Positions 38,268 to 47,197 of a stretch of DNA of 64,000 nt are shown here, piece by piece. The notes beneath the pieces are model-generated. The model had not been told where the DNA came from and ran no database searches. It was given only the letters and a program-made list of their open reading frames with translations. Origin of the DNA: a virus (taxonomy: Duplodnaviria; Heunggongvirae; Uroviricota; Caudoviricetes); the IMG/VR virus record IMGVR_UViG_3300027509_000001, positions 1 through 64,000 of that record, one strand, 5' to 3'. The number at the start of each line of letters is the position of its first letter. Positions within the stretch are counted from its first letter, which is position 1. A program made the position numbers and the translations under genes.

Positions 38268-38428
38268 TATGTCCGCTAATTTCTAGTATAAGGTTCGCAC
38301 TTATATTGGCTCCCTCAACGGAGCTATTTTCAAACTACAAGGTGTTTTCGTTGCATCTTTTGATAATAGATCTTTGCTATCTACTTAATGCAGTTACTTT
38401 GCCAAGTCTTAGTTAAATTAACTAGAAG

Positions 38429-38500
38429 TGAAATAGGCAGGATTCGAACCTGCAACCCCCCGCAAACAGGGCGCTCTACGCCATTTGGAGCTACTATTTC
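38429..38500 (-). tRNA. tRNA (possibly Ala-TGC-like; fold imperfect)
   Basis: Perfect acceptor GAAATAG/CTATTTC, D-stem GCTC/GAGC, T-arm GCAGG-TTCGAAT-CCTGC, loop region 'TTTGCGG'. Confidence 0.45.
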
Positions 38501-38513
38501 ATGATTTGCAAAA

Positions 38514-38834
38514 TTATACTAATGTTTCTATGTCTTTGACATGATAAATTTTAATTTCTTCTATACTATGAATTCCGCCATATGGTCCTGAGGGAACATA
38601 TTCGTAAAACCAATCTAATTGTTCTCGTGTACATTCTGGATAAATTTCCGATGGTACCTTTTCACTGTTATTATGAGTTGGCCACGTATGAGCATATCCT
38701 GGTTTCTTTTTCAAGGCTGCAATCGCATTGATTACTGGCATAATTAGTGTTAATGTTTTATCATCAATTTCATTCATTTCCGCCACATAATCGGCGTCAT
38801 TATGATCGCCTTTAATCCATATAAATTTCTTCAT
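38514..38834 (-). CDS. hypothetical protein (start trimmed to MKKFIWIKG)
   Basis: The track ORF's N-terminus overlaps a tRNA-like element; the internal Met avoids it. Confidence 0.4.
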   Translation of the reverse strand: MKKFIWIKGDHNDADYVAEMNEIDDKTLTLIMPVINAIAALKKKPGYAHTWPTHNNSEKVPSEIYPECTREQLDWFYEYVPSGPYGGIHSIEEIKIYHVKDIETLV

Positions 38835-38851
38835 GATTTGAATTTTTGTGG

Positions 38852-38930
38852 AAAGAGCAGGATTCGAACCTACAAAGGTCATCGCTAGCAGACGTCTTTA
38901 CGTTATTGCGTCAAACCTACTACCTACCGG
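38852..38930 (-). ncRNA. tRNA-like element (T-arm GTAGG-TTCGAAT-CCTGC; incomplete cloverleaf)
   Basis: Good T-arm and 3' acceptor 'TCTTTCC-A', but no convincing full-length 5' half. Confidence 0.25.
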
Positions 38931-39027
38931 GTTTCATTACGGATGATTCTTTTGCAACTTCCTCATTTTCACTACTAACCAGCGCGTTTACCATTTTCGC
39001 CATCTTTCCTTTTTTATAACGTCTCAG

Positions 39028-39114
39028 TGGCGAGAGTGGGACTCGAACCCACACGTCCTTACGACTCTGGGTTATGAGCCCAGCCAGGCATACCGTCAGC
39101 CTTGTATTCTCGCT
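39028..39114 (-). tRNA. long tRNA-like gene (87 nt) with candidate anticodon CAT
   Basis: T-arm GTGGG-TTCGAGT-CCCAC; anticodon arm CTGGG-CTCATAA-CCCAG; long extra arm; position 1/72 mismatch. Confidence 0.4.
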
Positions 39115-39746
39115 ATTTTAAATTTATTATCTTTAATAAGTTGTATTTCCTTTTTCTTGATTACAACTAAATTATTAACAACTTTCCATTTACATCGATC
39201 TCTTTCTCTTTCAAATCCCTTAACTTCAATGTATTTATCGTAATCAATTAAATAAAAATCTGGAAAATATAAATGCATTTTATTATTCCATTCATATTCA
39301 AATGGTTTCATTTCATTTGTCCATTTAATACCGTGTTTATCTAACCATTTTGCTACTTCTAATTCCCAACGACCTTTTAACTTAGTACCCTTATATTCGT
39401 ACGTTTTTACTCTACCCGACACATTATTTTTGCTATATGAATCTGGGTTATTAGCAACGACTTCTTTCATTTTTATGGAGTGTAACAATCTTTTTTCTTT
39501 AGTCCAAAACTTAGAATTAAATTCCTTACTCCTCTTCCTCATCTTTGCCCTAGATTCTTCAGACCAATATTGTGGTTTCCGTGACTTATATGGACTTTTT
39601 TCTTGCATTATTTTTGAATGCTGTTGCTTTCTTTCTATAGTCCACTTTTTCCGAATTATTCTATTTTCGTTTGATTTACAGAAAGTTTGATGTCCTGTTA
39701 ATTTCTTTTTATTGTCAACTTCTATATTACAGTATTTACATTTCAT
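39096..39746 (-). CDS. zinc-finger + PD-(D/E)xK-like endonuclease (homing-endonuclease-like), paralog B
   Basis: N-terminal 'CKYCNIEVDNKKKLTGHQTFC'; C-terminus nearly identical to 34645..35313; the 3' end overlaps a tRNA-like gene. Confidence 0.55.
   Translation of the reverse strand: MKCKYCNIEVDNKKKLTGHQTFCKSNENRIIRKKWTIERKQQHSKIMQEKSPYKSRKPQYWSEESRAKMRKRSKEFNSKFWTKEKRLLHSIKMKEVVANNPDSYSKNNVSGRVKTYEYKGTKLKGRWELEVAKWLDKHGIKWTNEMKPFEYEWNNKMHLYFPDFYLIDYDKYIEVKGFERERDRCKWKVVNNLVVIKKKEIQLIKDNKFKIARIQG
39150..39450. repeat. near-identical repeat, copy 2
   Basis: Nucleotides 39160-39385 match 34700-34925. Confidence 0.7.
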
Positions 39747-39790
39747 ACAGTAATATATAGTAGGCTAGGCAGTTACCACAACTTTATCTC

Positions 39791-40069
39791 TTAAAATTCT
39801 ATGTCCAACTTGCTAACTGTGTGACCCATTTTGTGGAGCTTCCATGTCAAGTCTTTAATAGAACTTAATATTTCTTTTTCTAATTTCTTTTTCTCAATAT
39901 CACTTAATTGACTGTCATTATAACTTCCAATTGAATATTTTGTTAATTTGTCTTGCCCAATAAATTTTTTAGCCATAATATCTATGTTTATTTTCGTAAA
40001 GATGTTCTTCTTGATATATAAATAACATATTTTCCGATAATTGGGGTGGAATGTCATTTTTAGACCCAA
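39791..40069 (-). CDS. hypothetical protein
   Basis: 92-aa ORF. Confidence 0.35.
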   Translation of the reverse strand: MGLKMTFHPNYRKICYLYIKKNIFTKINIDIMAKKFIGQDKLTKYSIGSYNDSQLSDIEKKKLEKEILSSIKDLTWKLHKMGHTVSKLDIEF

Positions 40070-40316
40070 CCTTACAAATTAAATTTGGAATTTGCTTCCT
40101 CCAATATGCAATTATCTCTTTAAATTCTTCTAGGCTTTTTATTGGAAAATCTATATATCCGTACTCGTCCTCTGAATAAGTCCCTCTATTTTGAACTACT
40201 CGAACGGCATCATATCTCACTAATTCATTTTTCCATTCCCACTCTATTCGTTCTAGTTCAGTTGCATGTGTGAATTTTAAATTTCCATTTCTTGTTTCTA
40301 TTATATTCATTGTCAA
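39969..40316 (-). CDS. hypothetical protein
   Basis: 115 aa; a promoter-like motif lies immediately upstream. Confidence 0.4.
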   Translation of the reverse strand: MTMNIIETRNGNLKFTHATELERIEWEWKNELVRYDAVRVVQNRGTYSEDEYGYIDFPIKSLEEFKEIIAYWRKQIPNLICKVGSKNDIPPQLSENMLFIYQEEHLYENKHRYYG

Positions 40317-40317
40317 T

Positions 40318-40347
40318 TGTTTTTAATTACAATGTAAATATACAAAT
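40318..40347 (-). promoter_or_regulatory. promoter-like motif copy
   Basis: 'ttttaattacaatgtaaatatacaaatata' is nearly identical to 22141-22170. Confidence 0.4.
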
Positions 40348-40560
40348 ATATATTTTAAAATCCAAATGACTGCCTTTAAAAGATTTGAACTTTTAAACTT
40401 CCAACCTATTGTCTCTTTTTCCAACCTATTAATGTTTTCTTCAAAAGATATCGTTGATCGGTGTGCCCACTACACTATGACAATTGGAACGTTGCAACAT
40501 CCCAGCCCCATAAATAACGCTAATTATTTGTCGGGTCTTTCATTCAAGTTTAGAGTTGTG

Positions 40561-40634
40561 TATCCCGCCCCGGGTTCGAACCGAGAATCTTTGCATAGAA
40601 AGTGCAACGGCTTAGCCAGTTTGCCCAGCGGGAC
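40561..40634 (-). tRNA. tRNA-Glu (anticodon TTC)
   Basis: Hand fold: acceptor GTCCCGC/GCGGGAT; anticodon arm TTGCA-CTTTCTA-TGCAA; T-arm CTCGG-TTCGAAC-CCGGG; 74 nt; the 5' end resembles bacterial tRNA-Glu. Confidence 0.55.
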
Positions 40635-40756
40635 ATCATTAATACCATTAACCTTTAGTTACTGGAACTGCTGGTGCAGGTACTAATTTTGTTCTGATGA
40701 ATTTTCGTTTGAACATAATTTTTACTTTTTAAAGTTGTGTTAATGATTTTATTTCG

Positions 40757-40828
40757 CTCCGAGTACAGGGCTCGAACCTGTGACAAAGACTTACAAGGTC
40801 CCCGTTTTCCCATCTAAACTAACCCGGA
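40757..40828 (-). tRNA. tRNA-Thr (anticodon TGT)
   Basis: Acceptor TCCGGGT/ACTCGGA; anticodon arm GGGAC-CTTGTAA-GTCTT; T-arm ACAGG-TTCGAGC-CCTGT; 72 nt. Confidence 0.5.
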
Positions 40829-40940
40829 ATTTTAACCAACATGTCAATGAACTTAATTTAAGGCATTTAAAGTATATATCCTTTCATAAGTTAAATATAC
40901 AATTAAATTTACTATTTTCCAAATTAATTTGATATTATTT

Positions 40941-41255
40941 TTAATTTAATGTATAATTAATAGTTTTTTCGTAGCTATTTCCAAACAAATCTTGAGACTG
41001 ACTAGTTAATACTTGTATATTGAATAAATTTGCGATGTGTAAATGCATATTTCTAAAATAATGCAGAACTAACTTTGGAGAATTCATTTGCATTGATCTT
41101 ACTATATCATCTTCTCTAACAGATTTAGAGGGATGTACATGTTCAATATAAGATTTTATAAAATTTATATCTCGGTCATTGTATGCATTATTTTGATTTG
41201 ATTGTTCAAGTTTTAACCGATGCATTAAATATTCGTATGCAAATTTAGCTGTCAT
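40941..41255 (-). CDS. hypothetical protein
   Basis: 104-aa ORF. Confidence 0.4.
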   Translation of the reverse strand: MTAKFAYEYLMHRLKLEQSNQNNAYNDRDINFIKSYIEHVHPSKSVREDDIVRSMQMNSPKLVLHYFRNMHLHIANLFNIQVLTSQSQDLFGNSYEKTINYTLN

Positions 41256-41965
41256 TAGTTTAATTGTTTAATTGTTAATTTATTGTGTTCGTATATAACA
41301 TACCAACCATTTTCAATAGAATCTATATTTAAATATTTAGACCCAGTAGCCTTTTCAAAATGCTTTATACATATAGATTGGCTATAAGAATGACCAAAAA
41401 TCTGTATAAAATTCTTCTTTAATATTCCATTTTTGTTTGCCCTCATTAAAGATGGTGGTCTAATCCAAAGTGGGCCTGAAATAGGATCATTTCCAGTTGG
41501 AGAAAATCCAACAAAATCGAATTTATTTGGTCGATACCTATATAAATCATTTATCGAATCTTCTAATGTTTCAATGTCCCACCCCAATAAATTATTATCT
41601 AACCACTTTTCACTAATTCCTGCGTGGCTAATTAACAAATTATCATGAATGTGTGCTATTGACATATTACGTAAATTATCTCGTATAGCAAATTCAAAGT
41701 CCCATCTAAAAGTTGGTTGATATCCCTCATACCGCTGATCTACTAAATAATGGTGGTCATGATTTCCTATTAATAGGATAACTTCTATATCAGAAGTCCT
41801 TTGATATTTGACTATTTCATTGAAATTATTTAACTGATCAACAGCTTTAATATCAAATGAATCAAAATAGTCTCCAACAAAAATGACTTTGTCTGGAGTT
41901 TCTTCTTTGATTATACGTTTCCATACATCTCTTCCATGAGTGTCTCCAAGTAATAAAGTTTTCAT
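41255..41965 (-). CDS. calcineurin-like metallophosphoesterase (Ser/Thr phosphatase-like)
   Basis: 'LLGDTHGR', 'FVGDYFD', 'LIGNHDHHY' are the classic phosphoesterase motifs. Confidence 0.65.
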   Translation of the reverse strand: MKTLLLGDTHGRDVWKRIIKEETPDKVIFVGDYFDSFDIKAVDQLNNFNEIVKYQRTSDIEVILLIGNHDHHYLVDQRYEGYQPTFRWDFEFAIRDNLRNMSIAHIHDNLLISHAGISEKWLDNNLLGWDIETLEDSINDLYRYRPNKFDFVGFSPTGNDPISGPLWIRPPSLMRANKNGILKKNFIQIFGHSYSQSICIKHFEKATGSKYLNIDSIENGWYVIYEHNKLTIKQLN

Positions 41966-42007
41966 TTAAGTAAAGGTAAATAAAATAATTGACAATTTCA
42001 ACTATCC

Positions 42008-42178
42008 ATGCAATAATTTTTTTGCTGAATTTACGGATTCACTTTTACTTTGCCAAGTCTTAAACGTTTCCTGAGAAACTTGGATTTGGGCCCATCCTTC
42101 CCTTCGCGCAAAAGACCACTGATTTGGTGTCTCTTTGGTAACTTGGTCTATTGGTACATATAACGTTATCATAATTTT
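42008..42178 (-). CDS. small hypothetical protein (56 aa)
   Basis: ATG..TAG ORF below the size cut-off; contains the 16-nt repeat 'actttgccaagtctta' also found at 38396. Confidence 0.2.
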
Positions 42179-42322
42179 ATTTGGTTTTGATTAATTTAAT
42201 TTCGCTGATTGCATTTCTACATTCTATTATATTCTGTTCAAGTACTTCTAGTTTCTCTTGAAGGGCCTGATATTCATAATACATTTGTCCATAGGAAGTA
42301 TACAATTCTGTTTCTTTAATAC

Positions 42323-42565
42323 TCATAATTCTTTATTTATTTCTAGTATTTTAGTTAACACGTCGTGATTCTTTTTACAATAAGTATTTTTTATATATAG
42401 TTCATATTGTGCAACTACTCCCATCCATGCCAATTTATAAATTGGATTCGATTCTAAGTTTTCTTTAGATTGCGACAATATCCATTGTTCAATTAATTCT
42501 TTATTATAACTATTTGGTACTGACTTTAAATCTTGCAACTCCTGCCCTATGGTGTATGTCATCAT
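42323..42565 (-). CDS. hypothetical protein
   Basis: 80-aa ORF. Confidence 0.4.
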   Translation of the reverse strand: MMTYTIGQELQDLKSVPNSYNKELIEQWILSQSKENLESNPIYKLAWMGVVAQYELYIKNTYCKKNHDVLTKILEINKEL

Positions 42566-43046
42566 ATTGTAAAAAATAACAATTGAAACACATTAATTCT
42601 AAATTTTCTCGTTTGTGATTAGTTTTGTCTCCATCAATCCAACATAATACTAAAGGAACTTTATAATCAGTTACTCTTCTTTCTTCGAATTTGCAACACG
42701 AACATACCTCTTCTAAAATTGCTTCTCTAATCAACCGATCTTGCAATTTTTTTCGATTATATGCTGGATGCAATCCCTCTAGGATTTCGGTCATTGGTGT
42801 CTTTCTAAATTTGGGATTATTGCCCTTTAAAAATCTTCGAGTGACACCTTTACCAGTAGGATTAGCATGTAAATCCCACAATGTTTTACCAGATTCTTTA
42901 TCGACATATCGTTGAGCGTATGATTTATAGGTTCTTACTTCGCACCCTATGAACCTTGCTGCGCCTGCATTTGACTTTGAATGCAACATTGCATACCTAC
43001 AATCTTGTTCAGTTAAATTTAAAGCCCTATTTTTCCAAAGTGGCAT
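42510..43046 (-). CDS. HNH-like endonuclease
   Basis: 'CSCCKFEE...WIDGDKTNHKRENLELMCFNCY' is a Cys-box/HNH-like motif. Confidence 0.45.
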   Translation of the reverse strand: MPLWKNRALNLTEQDCRYAMLHSKSNAGAARFIGCEVRTYKSYAQRYVDKESGKTLWDLHANPTGKGVTRRFLKGNNPKFRKTPMTEILEGLHPAYNRKKLQDRLIREAILEEVCSCCKFEERRVTDYKVPLVLCWIDGDKTNHKRENLELMCFNCYFLQYDDIHHRAGVARFKVSTK

Positions 43047-43362
43047 ATATAAGTTTCTCCGTTAAAAATACAACTCCAATTGAAAATATCCCATCAATGG
43101 GACCGAAGTTGATATTGTAATAATATAATATTGGACTCCATACGAATATAGATAGCATTAATCCAGTCCAAAATGCAGTACATATCCGGCAATTTAATAA
43201 GTTATACATAAATGCATCTATTTTAAATTTAAAGATGTGCCATTTTTTTGTGTATGAATTAGTTGTATGATTAAAAAATTCTCGAATTGGCATAAATAAA
43301 TACGAACTAACTATTAATTCTACCATTCCAATATTCAATGTTATCCAAAATAATGTTTTCAT
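43027..43362 (-). CDS. membrane protein
   Basis: 111 aa with 3 hydrophobic segments. Confidence 0.4.
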   Translation of the reverse strand: MKTLFWITLNIGMVELIVSSYLFMPIREFFNHTTNSYTKKWHIFKFKIDAFMYNLLNCRICTAFWTGLMLSIFVWSPILYYYNINFGPIDGIFSIGVVFLTEKLIYATLEK

Positions 43363-43649
43363 AATTTTCTTATTTTTGCATAAGATATTCCATGATATAA
43401 TAAATCCCTTAAAATTGGGCTAGCTTCCTGTTCATTTCCAATGTATAATATAGTATATTCTTCTTTTTTATAATGATCTATTAATAATTTAGTATGCATT
43501 GGTGAAGTTCCTATTCCAATCATCCTCATGACGTCATATAAATTATCAGGTTTTTCAGAAGTATTTATATAAACTTCGTACTTCTGATCTTTACAGTTAT
43601 TACAATCAGACTGACTGTTCATCGAATAAGAGGCCGTATTTTTCTGCAT
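43359..43649 (-). CDS. hypothetical protein
   Basis: 96-aa ORF. Confidence 0.4.
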   Translation of the reverse strand: MQKNTASYSMNSQSDCNNCKDQKYEVYINTSEKPDNLYDVMRMIGIGTSPMHTKLLIDHYKKEEYTILYIGNEQEASPILRDLLYHGISYAKIRKL

Positions 43650-43821
43650 TCTCCTTGAAGTATGTTTCTATTTCATCATTAATCAAATTTGTATCTGTAG
43701 GATCTACATGTAATATGAAAGAAGTCAATGACTGTAAATCATCTGTGTCTAATATACCATATACAATTGTTACTAATACAAATTCTTGAAATTTTCTAAC
43801 TCTTGCCGAGACTTGTTTCAT
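43606..43821 (-). CDS. hypothetical protein
   Basis: 71-aa ORF. Confidence 0.35.
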   Translation of the reverse strand: MKQVSARVRKFQEFVLVTIVYGILDTDDLQSLTSFILHVDPTDTNLINDEIETYFKENAEKYGLLFDEQSV

Positions 43822-43868
43822 TCCATTTTCCTAGTTTGCATATACATATATAAAATTATTTCAATCGA

Positions 43869-44120
43869 TTAAATCTGTTTGACTTTGGTTTTATTTTTAA
43901 TCATTAAATCCATAAATTCTTCAGGAGAATAATATTGTCCCTTCTCATTGACAATTTTACAGTTATTTAAATATTCGACATTAGCATCGGATATCATTTT
44001 CATCATTATTTTATATCCAGCCGCAGGCCATAATTGATTAAAGGAGACATCTCCAATTTGATTAACGTCATTAATAGTGTCTTGTTCAGTGTCTCCGGAG
44101 AAAAGAATATAATATTTCAT
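43869..44120 (-). CDS. hypothetical protein
   Basis: 83-aa ORF. Confidence 0.4.
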   Translation of the reverse strand: MKYYILFSGDTEQDTINDVNQIGDVSFNQLWPAAGYKIMMKMISDANVEYLNNCKIVNEKGQYYSPEEFMDLMIKNKTKVKQI

Positions 44121-44126
44121 AATATT

Positions 44127-44399
44127 TTATTTAAGCCATGTAATTGTATCTCCACTAAAGGAGTAGTTTTTATATTTTATTACAAAAATTCTTTTGTTCA
44201 ATCGAACAGTAAAGCCTTCCAAAGTACTATTAATTATTGTAAATGGTTCTTTGGGATATCGTTCTGAGATTCCAATTATAATCGCTGACTGTAAAAGATT
44301 ATTATTGCCAAAAATCACCTTGTCAATGAAAACACATTCCATTGGTGTACCAAACAAACCATTTGCCTGAGGCTTTGCTTTTATTTTGAATTGATTCAT
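44127..44399 (-). CDS. hypothetical protein
   Basis: 90-aa ORF. Confidence 0.4.
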   Translation of the reverse strand: MNQFKIKAKPQANGLFGTPMECVFIDKVIFGNNNLLQSAIIIGISERYPKEPFTIINSTLEGFTVRLNKRIFVIKYKNYSFSGDTITWLK

Positions 44400-44776
44400 T
44401 GGTTAATTTTTTGATTATACTCATTAAGTACCTCGTTATAATAATCAAAGGCTGGTTCGAATTCTTTGAAAGTACTTAATGTATCTCCAGATGTTATAAC
44501 CCGCCACATGTTATTATAATCTAATTCTAATCTAACTTTGCCGTCATGAGATGCATTATAAAACGGATACCATATGAAACCTTCTACGTCAATTTTCTTA
44601 AGTTTAAGATATGGGGGTTTTATTTCGAGATCTGGAATTATTGATGTTCCAAATGATAATAGACCATGCTTCATGCACACATGTATATCTACTTCACGGC
44701 CCAAAAAAACTTCAGTTTCTGATATAACAGTTAATTCATTATCTATTGGATTTTTTCTGTCGTATTCTAATTTCAT
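44396..44776 (-). CDS. hypothetical protein
   Basis: 126-aa ORF. Confidence 0.45.
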   Translation of the reverse strand: MKLEYDRKNPIDNELTVISETEVFLGREVDIHVCMKHGLLSFGTSIIPDLEIKPPYLKLKKIDVEGFIWYPFYNASHDGKVRLELDYNNMWRVITSGDTLSTFKEFEPAFDYYNEVLNEYNQKINQ

Positions 44777-45918
44777 TTCATTGCTGTTTTAATAAATGAT
44801 TTTAACTTGTTAATTGATTTGTTGCCTCGTAATGAATTAAATTTCTTAATATTAACTTCTCCCGAACCACTTAAATAGTTAGTATAATCTTCATATATAC
44901 TTTGCATGGCAACAATGGCATCGTTTGGATCTGGGTAATACCACTTTGCGTGAGGAACGATATATTTGTTTACTACCGAAGCGTCTACTGTTTTTAATTC
45001 TCCAGAAACTAAATAATTACAATGCTTCTTGGCTTTTATAAAATCCTTATGGCCAGACCAATTAGATGCTATGATTGGTTTTCCAGTAGATAAAAATTCA
45101 GCAGTATGTCTACCAAACCCTTCGCCGTGACTTAATGTAATATAGGCTTTAATATTATTATGAAGCATTAAATTTGACATTTGTTCGTATGATAATCTTC
45201 CATGTAATATATTTACTTCTGGTAGTGTGTTTATGCCATCTTGAGATAACATATTTATTCTAATATTATTCATTAGTTCCTTAATCCTAAATGCTTCTAT
45301 TTTAGAAAAAGTTCCCTGATCGGTTTTTAATAATAATGATGGTGGGTTAGGATGATTGGCAAATGCTGCGTAAAACAATTGGACTGTAAAGGGTATGTTT
45401 TTTCTGTCGTTACCCATTGTACCTGGAAGCCATGCTCCCATACATAAAAAATTAAAATCATTTTTTAATTTAAATACAGTTTTATCATTTGTTTGTACAT
45501 TGACCCTTTCAGGTAATACATGAATATTATCATTGGGATTATTAGTACTTAAAATATTTTTAGAATGCGTACTACTAACCAATATCATATCCATTGAATT
45601 CATTGGACGCCACCAGTTAGAAGGATATGTGTCAGTTTCAATGCCAGCCGTTACTCCTATATTATAGTAGGTTGACTTTGGTTTAAATTCATTAGGTACC
45701 GTACATTGAATATAGATAAACTTTTGTTCATTTGGAATCTCACTTATAATATCTACATTTTCAAATTTTGCATTATTTAAGGTTTTCCCCCATTTAGTTG
45801 GATATACACTTACATCTTCACAAAAAGCTTGAATGTCCTGTACTAAAAACCTAAACCTTTCGCCATATCCACTTTGAGAATATAACGGGCCTTCTAATAT
45901 GATAGGAAATTTAATCAT
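44773..45918 (-). CDS. glycosyltransferase (GT4/GT-B-like)
   Basis: C-terminal 'SHGEGFGRHTAEFLSTGKPIIASNWSGHKDFI' (E-X7-E-like). Confidence 0.55.
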   Translation of the reverse strand: MIKFPIILEGPLYSQSGYGERFRFLVQDIQAFCEDVSVYPTKWGKTLNNAKFENVDIISEIPNEQKFIYIQCTVPNEFKPKSTYYNIGVTAGIETDTYPSNWWRPMNSMDMILVSSTHSKNILSTNNPNDNIHVLPERVNVQTNDKTVFKLKNDFNFLCMGAWLPGTMGNDRKNIPFTVQLFYAAFANHPNPPSLLLKTDQGTFSKIEAFRIKELMNNIRINMLSQDGINTLPEVNILHGRLSYEQMSNLMLHNNIKAYITLSHGEGFGRHTAEFLSTGKPIIASNWSGHKDFIKAKKHCNYLVSGELKTVDASVVNKYIVPHAKWYYPDPNDAIVAMQSIYEDYTNYLSGSGEVNIKKFNSLRGNKSINKLKSFIKTAMK

Positions 45919-47194
45919 TTATTGATATTATTTGATATGGTTTAGCAGGTTTCCACGTCTGCAATGTGCTAAGAAGTATTGATTCAATTTTATATGCCAT
46001 TTGATTGGACGTAAATCCATTTTTTATCATTCGTCTTCGAGATTCTTTACTTAACTCTTGCCTTTGTTCAGGAGTAATGTTATATGCCCATTCTAAACCG
46101 TTTGCCACGTCTTCTACGCTGCAATAGTCTTGGTATATATATGGAGTTGCCAATGATCCAGAAAGTACTTTATGTGACGTTTCTACTTTGTATGTTGCTT
46201 CTGTAATTGACTGATCTTTTAAACCACCTGTTTGATGGGTTATTGTTGGACATCCTGCCATTAATGATTCTAAATTCGACAACCCAAATCCTTCCGAATG
46301 AGATATGTTTATACTTGCGGCTGAAATGTTATAATAATAATTTAATAGCTCAGGACTTATTTTTTCTGTACTAAAAATTATGTTACAATCATCAAATAAA
46401 TGTCGCTTAACAGTTAATAAATCGGTTCCAGCTTGAGAGACTATAGAAGTATGCATCACTAGGCATGAATTTTTTAAATATTCTTTATTTCTTCTACAGA
46501 ATACTGCATATGCTCGCATAACATCTGCTGGGCGTTTTCGGCTCATATTAACGTTATTCCAGAAAAATATTTTCTTTGCCCCATGTCTTTGGGAAAATTC
46601 ATCCTTAATTCTAAGCACTTCTTCATATTCAGAATCAGTAGAATTGATTGGATAAAAAATGTCCGGATCTACTCCATGAGGTACATATTGCAATGATGGC
46701 TGATTTTTACATTGCTTAGTTACCTCTTTATGAATTTCATCAGAAAGTTTGCTTATTGAAATTATTACATCTGAAGATTCATATAAAGGATAATTCCATT
46801 TCGGAGCTGGATAATTATCCCATATGGCGTAATAAACAATTGGAATTTTATAATGCTGATGTATTTCATATTCCATGTCGTACATCCACATCCAATATCT
46901 TGGATCTGTTATATGCAATATTGCGTCTGGTTTTTCTTGTTCTATTACAAATCGCAAGTAATCTTGATTACCATAGTCTTTAACTGGATATAATATTACA
47001 TTTGCATCTGATGTCTTTTCTTTGTAATCACTGCTAACATCTATTCTAGTATTTATATCAGTTGTGGATGCTCCAGCAATTTGTATCCAATCAAACGAAT
47101 CAACTGTTCCTTTTACTATGGAATTACCAATTATTCCTACGCCTGTAAATTTGGTTATGTTGTCTCCTAATAATAAGATCTTCTTTTTCTTCAT
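45911..47194 (-). CDS. glycosyltransferase (GT4-like)
   Basis: 'HSEGFGLSNLESLMAGCPTITHQTGGLKDQ'. Confidence 0.55.
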   Translation of the reverse strand: MKKKKILLLGDNITKFTGVGIIGNSIVKGTVDSFDWIQIAGASTTDINTRIDVSSDYKEKTSDANVILYPVKDYGNQDYLRFVIEQEKPDAILHITDPRYWMWMYDMEYEIHQHYKIPIVYYAIWDNYPAPKWNYPLYESSDVIISISKLSDEIHKEVTKQCKNQPSLQYVPHGVDPDIFYPINSTDSEYEEVLRIKDEFSQRHGAKKIFFWNNVNMSRKRPADVMRAYAVFCRRNKEYLKNSCLVMHTSIVSQAGTDLLTVKRHLFDDCNIIFSTEKISPELLNYYYNISAASINISHSEGFGLSNLESLMAGCPTITHQTGGLKDQSITEATYKVETSHKVLSGSLATPYIYQDYCSVEDVANGLEWAYNITPEQRQELSKESRRRMIKNGFTSNQMAYKIESILLSTLQTWKPAKPYQIISIND

Positions 47195-47197
47195 TAT

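Noticed and set aside
40366-40686. + strand 106-aa ORF
   Set aside because: Covers the tRNA-Glu-like gene (40561..40634) on the opposite strand; an artefact of the GC-rich tRNA sequence.
41433-41648. + strand ORF inside the phosphoesterase gene
   Set aside because: Antisense shadow ORF.
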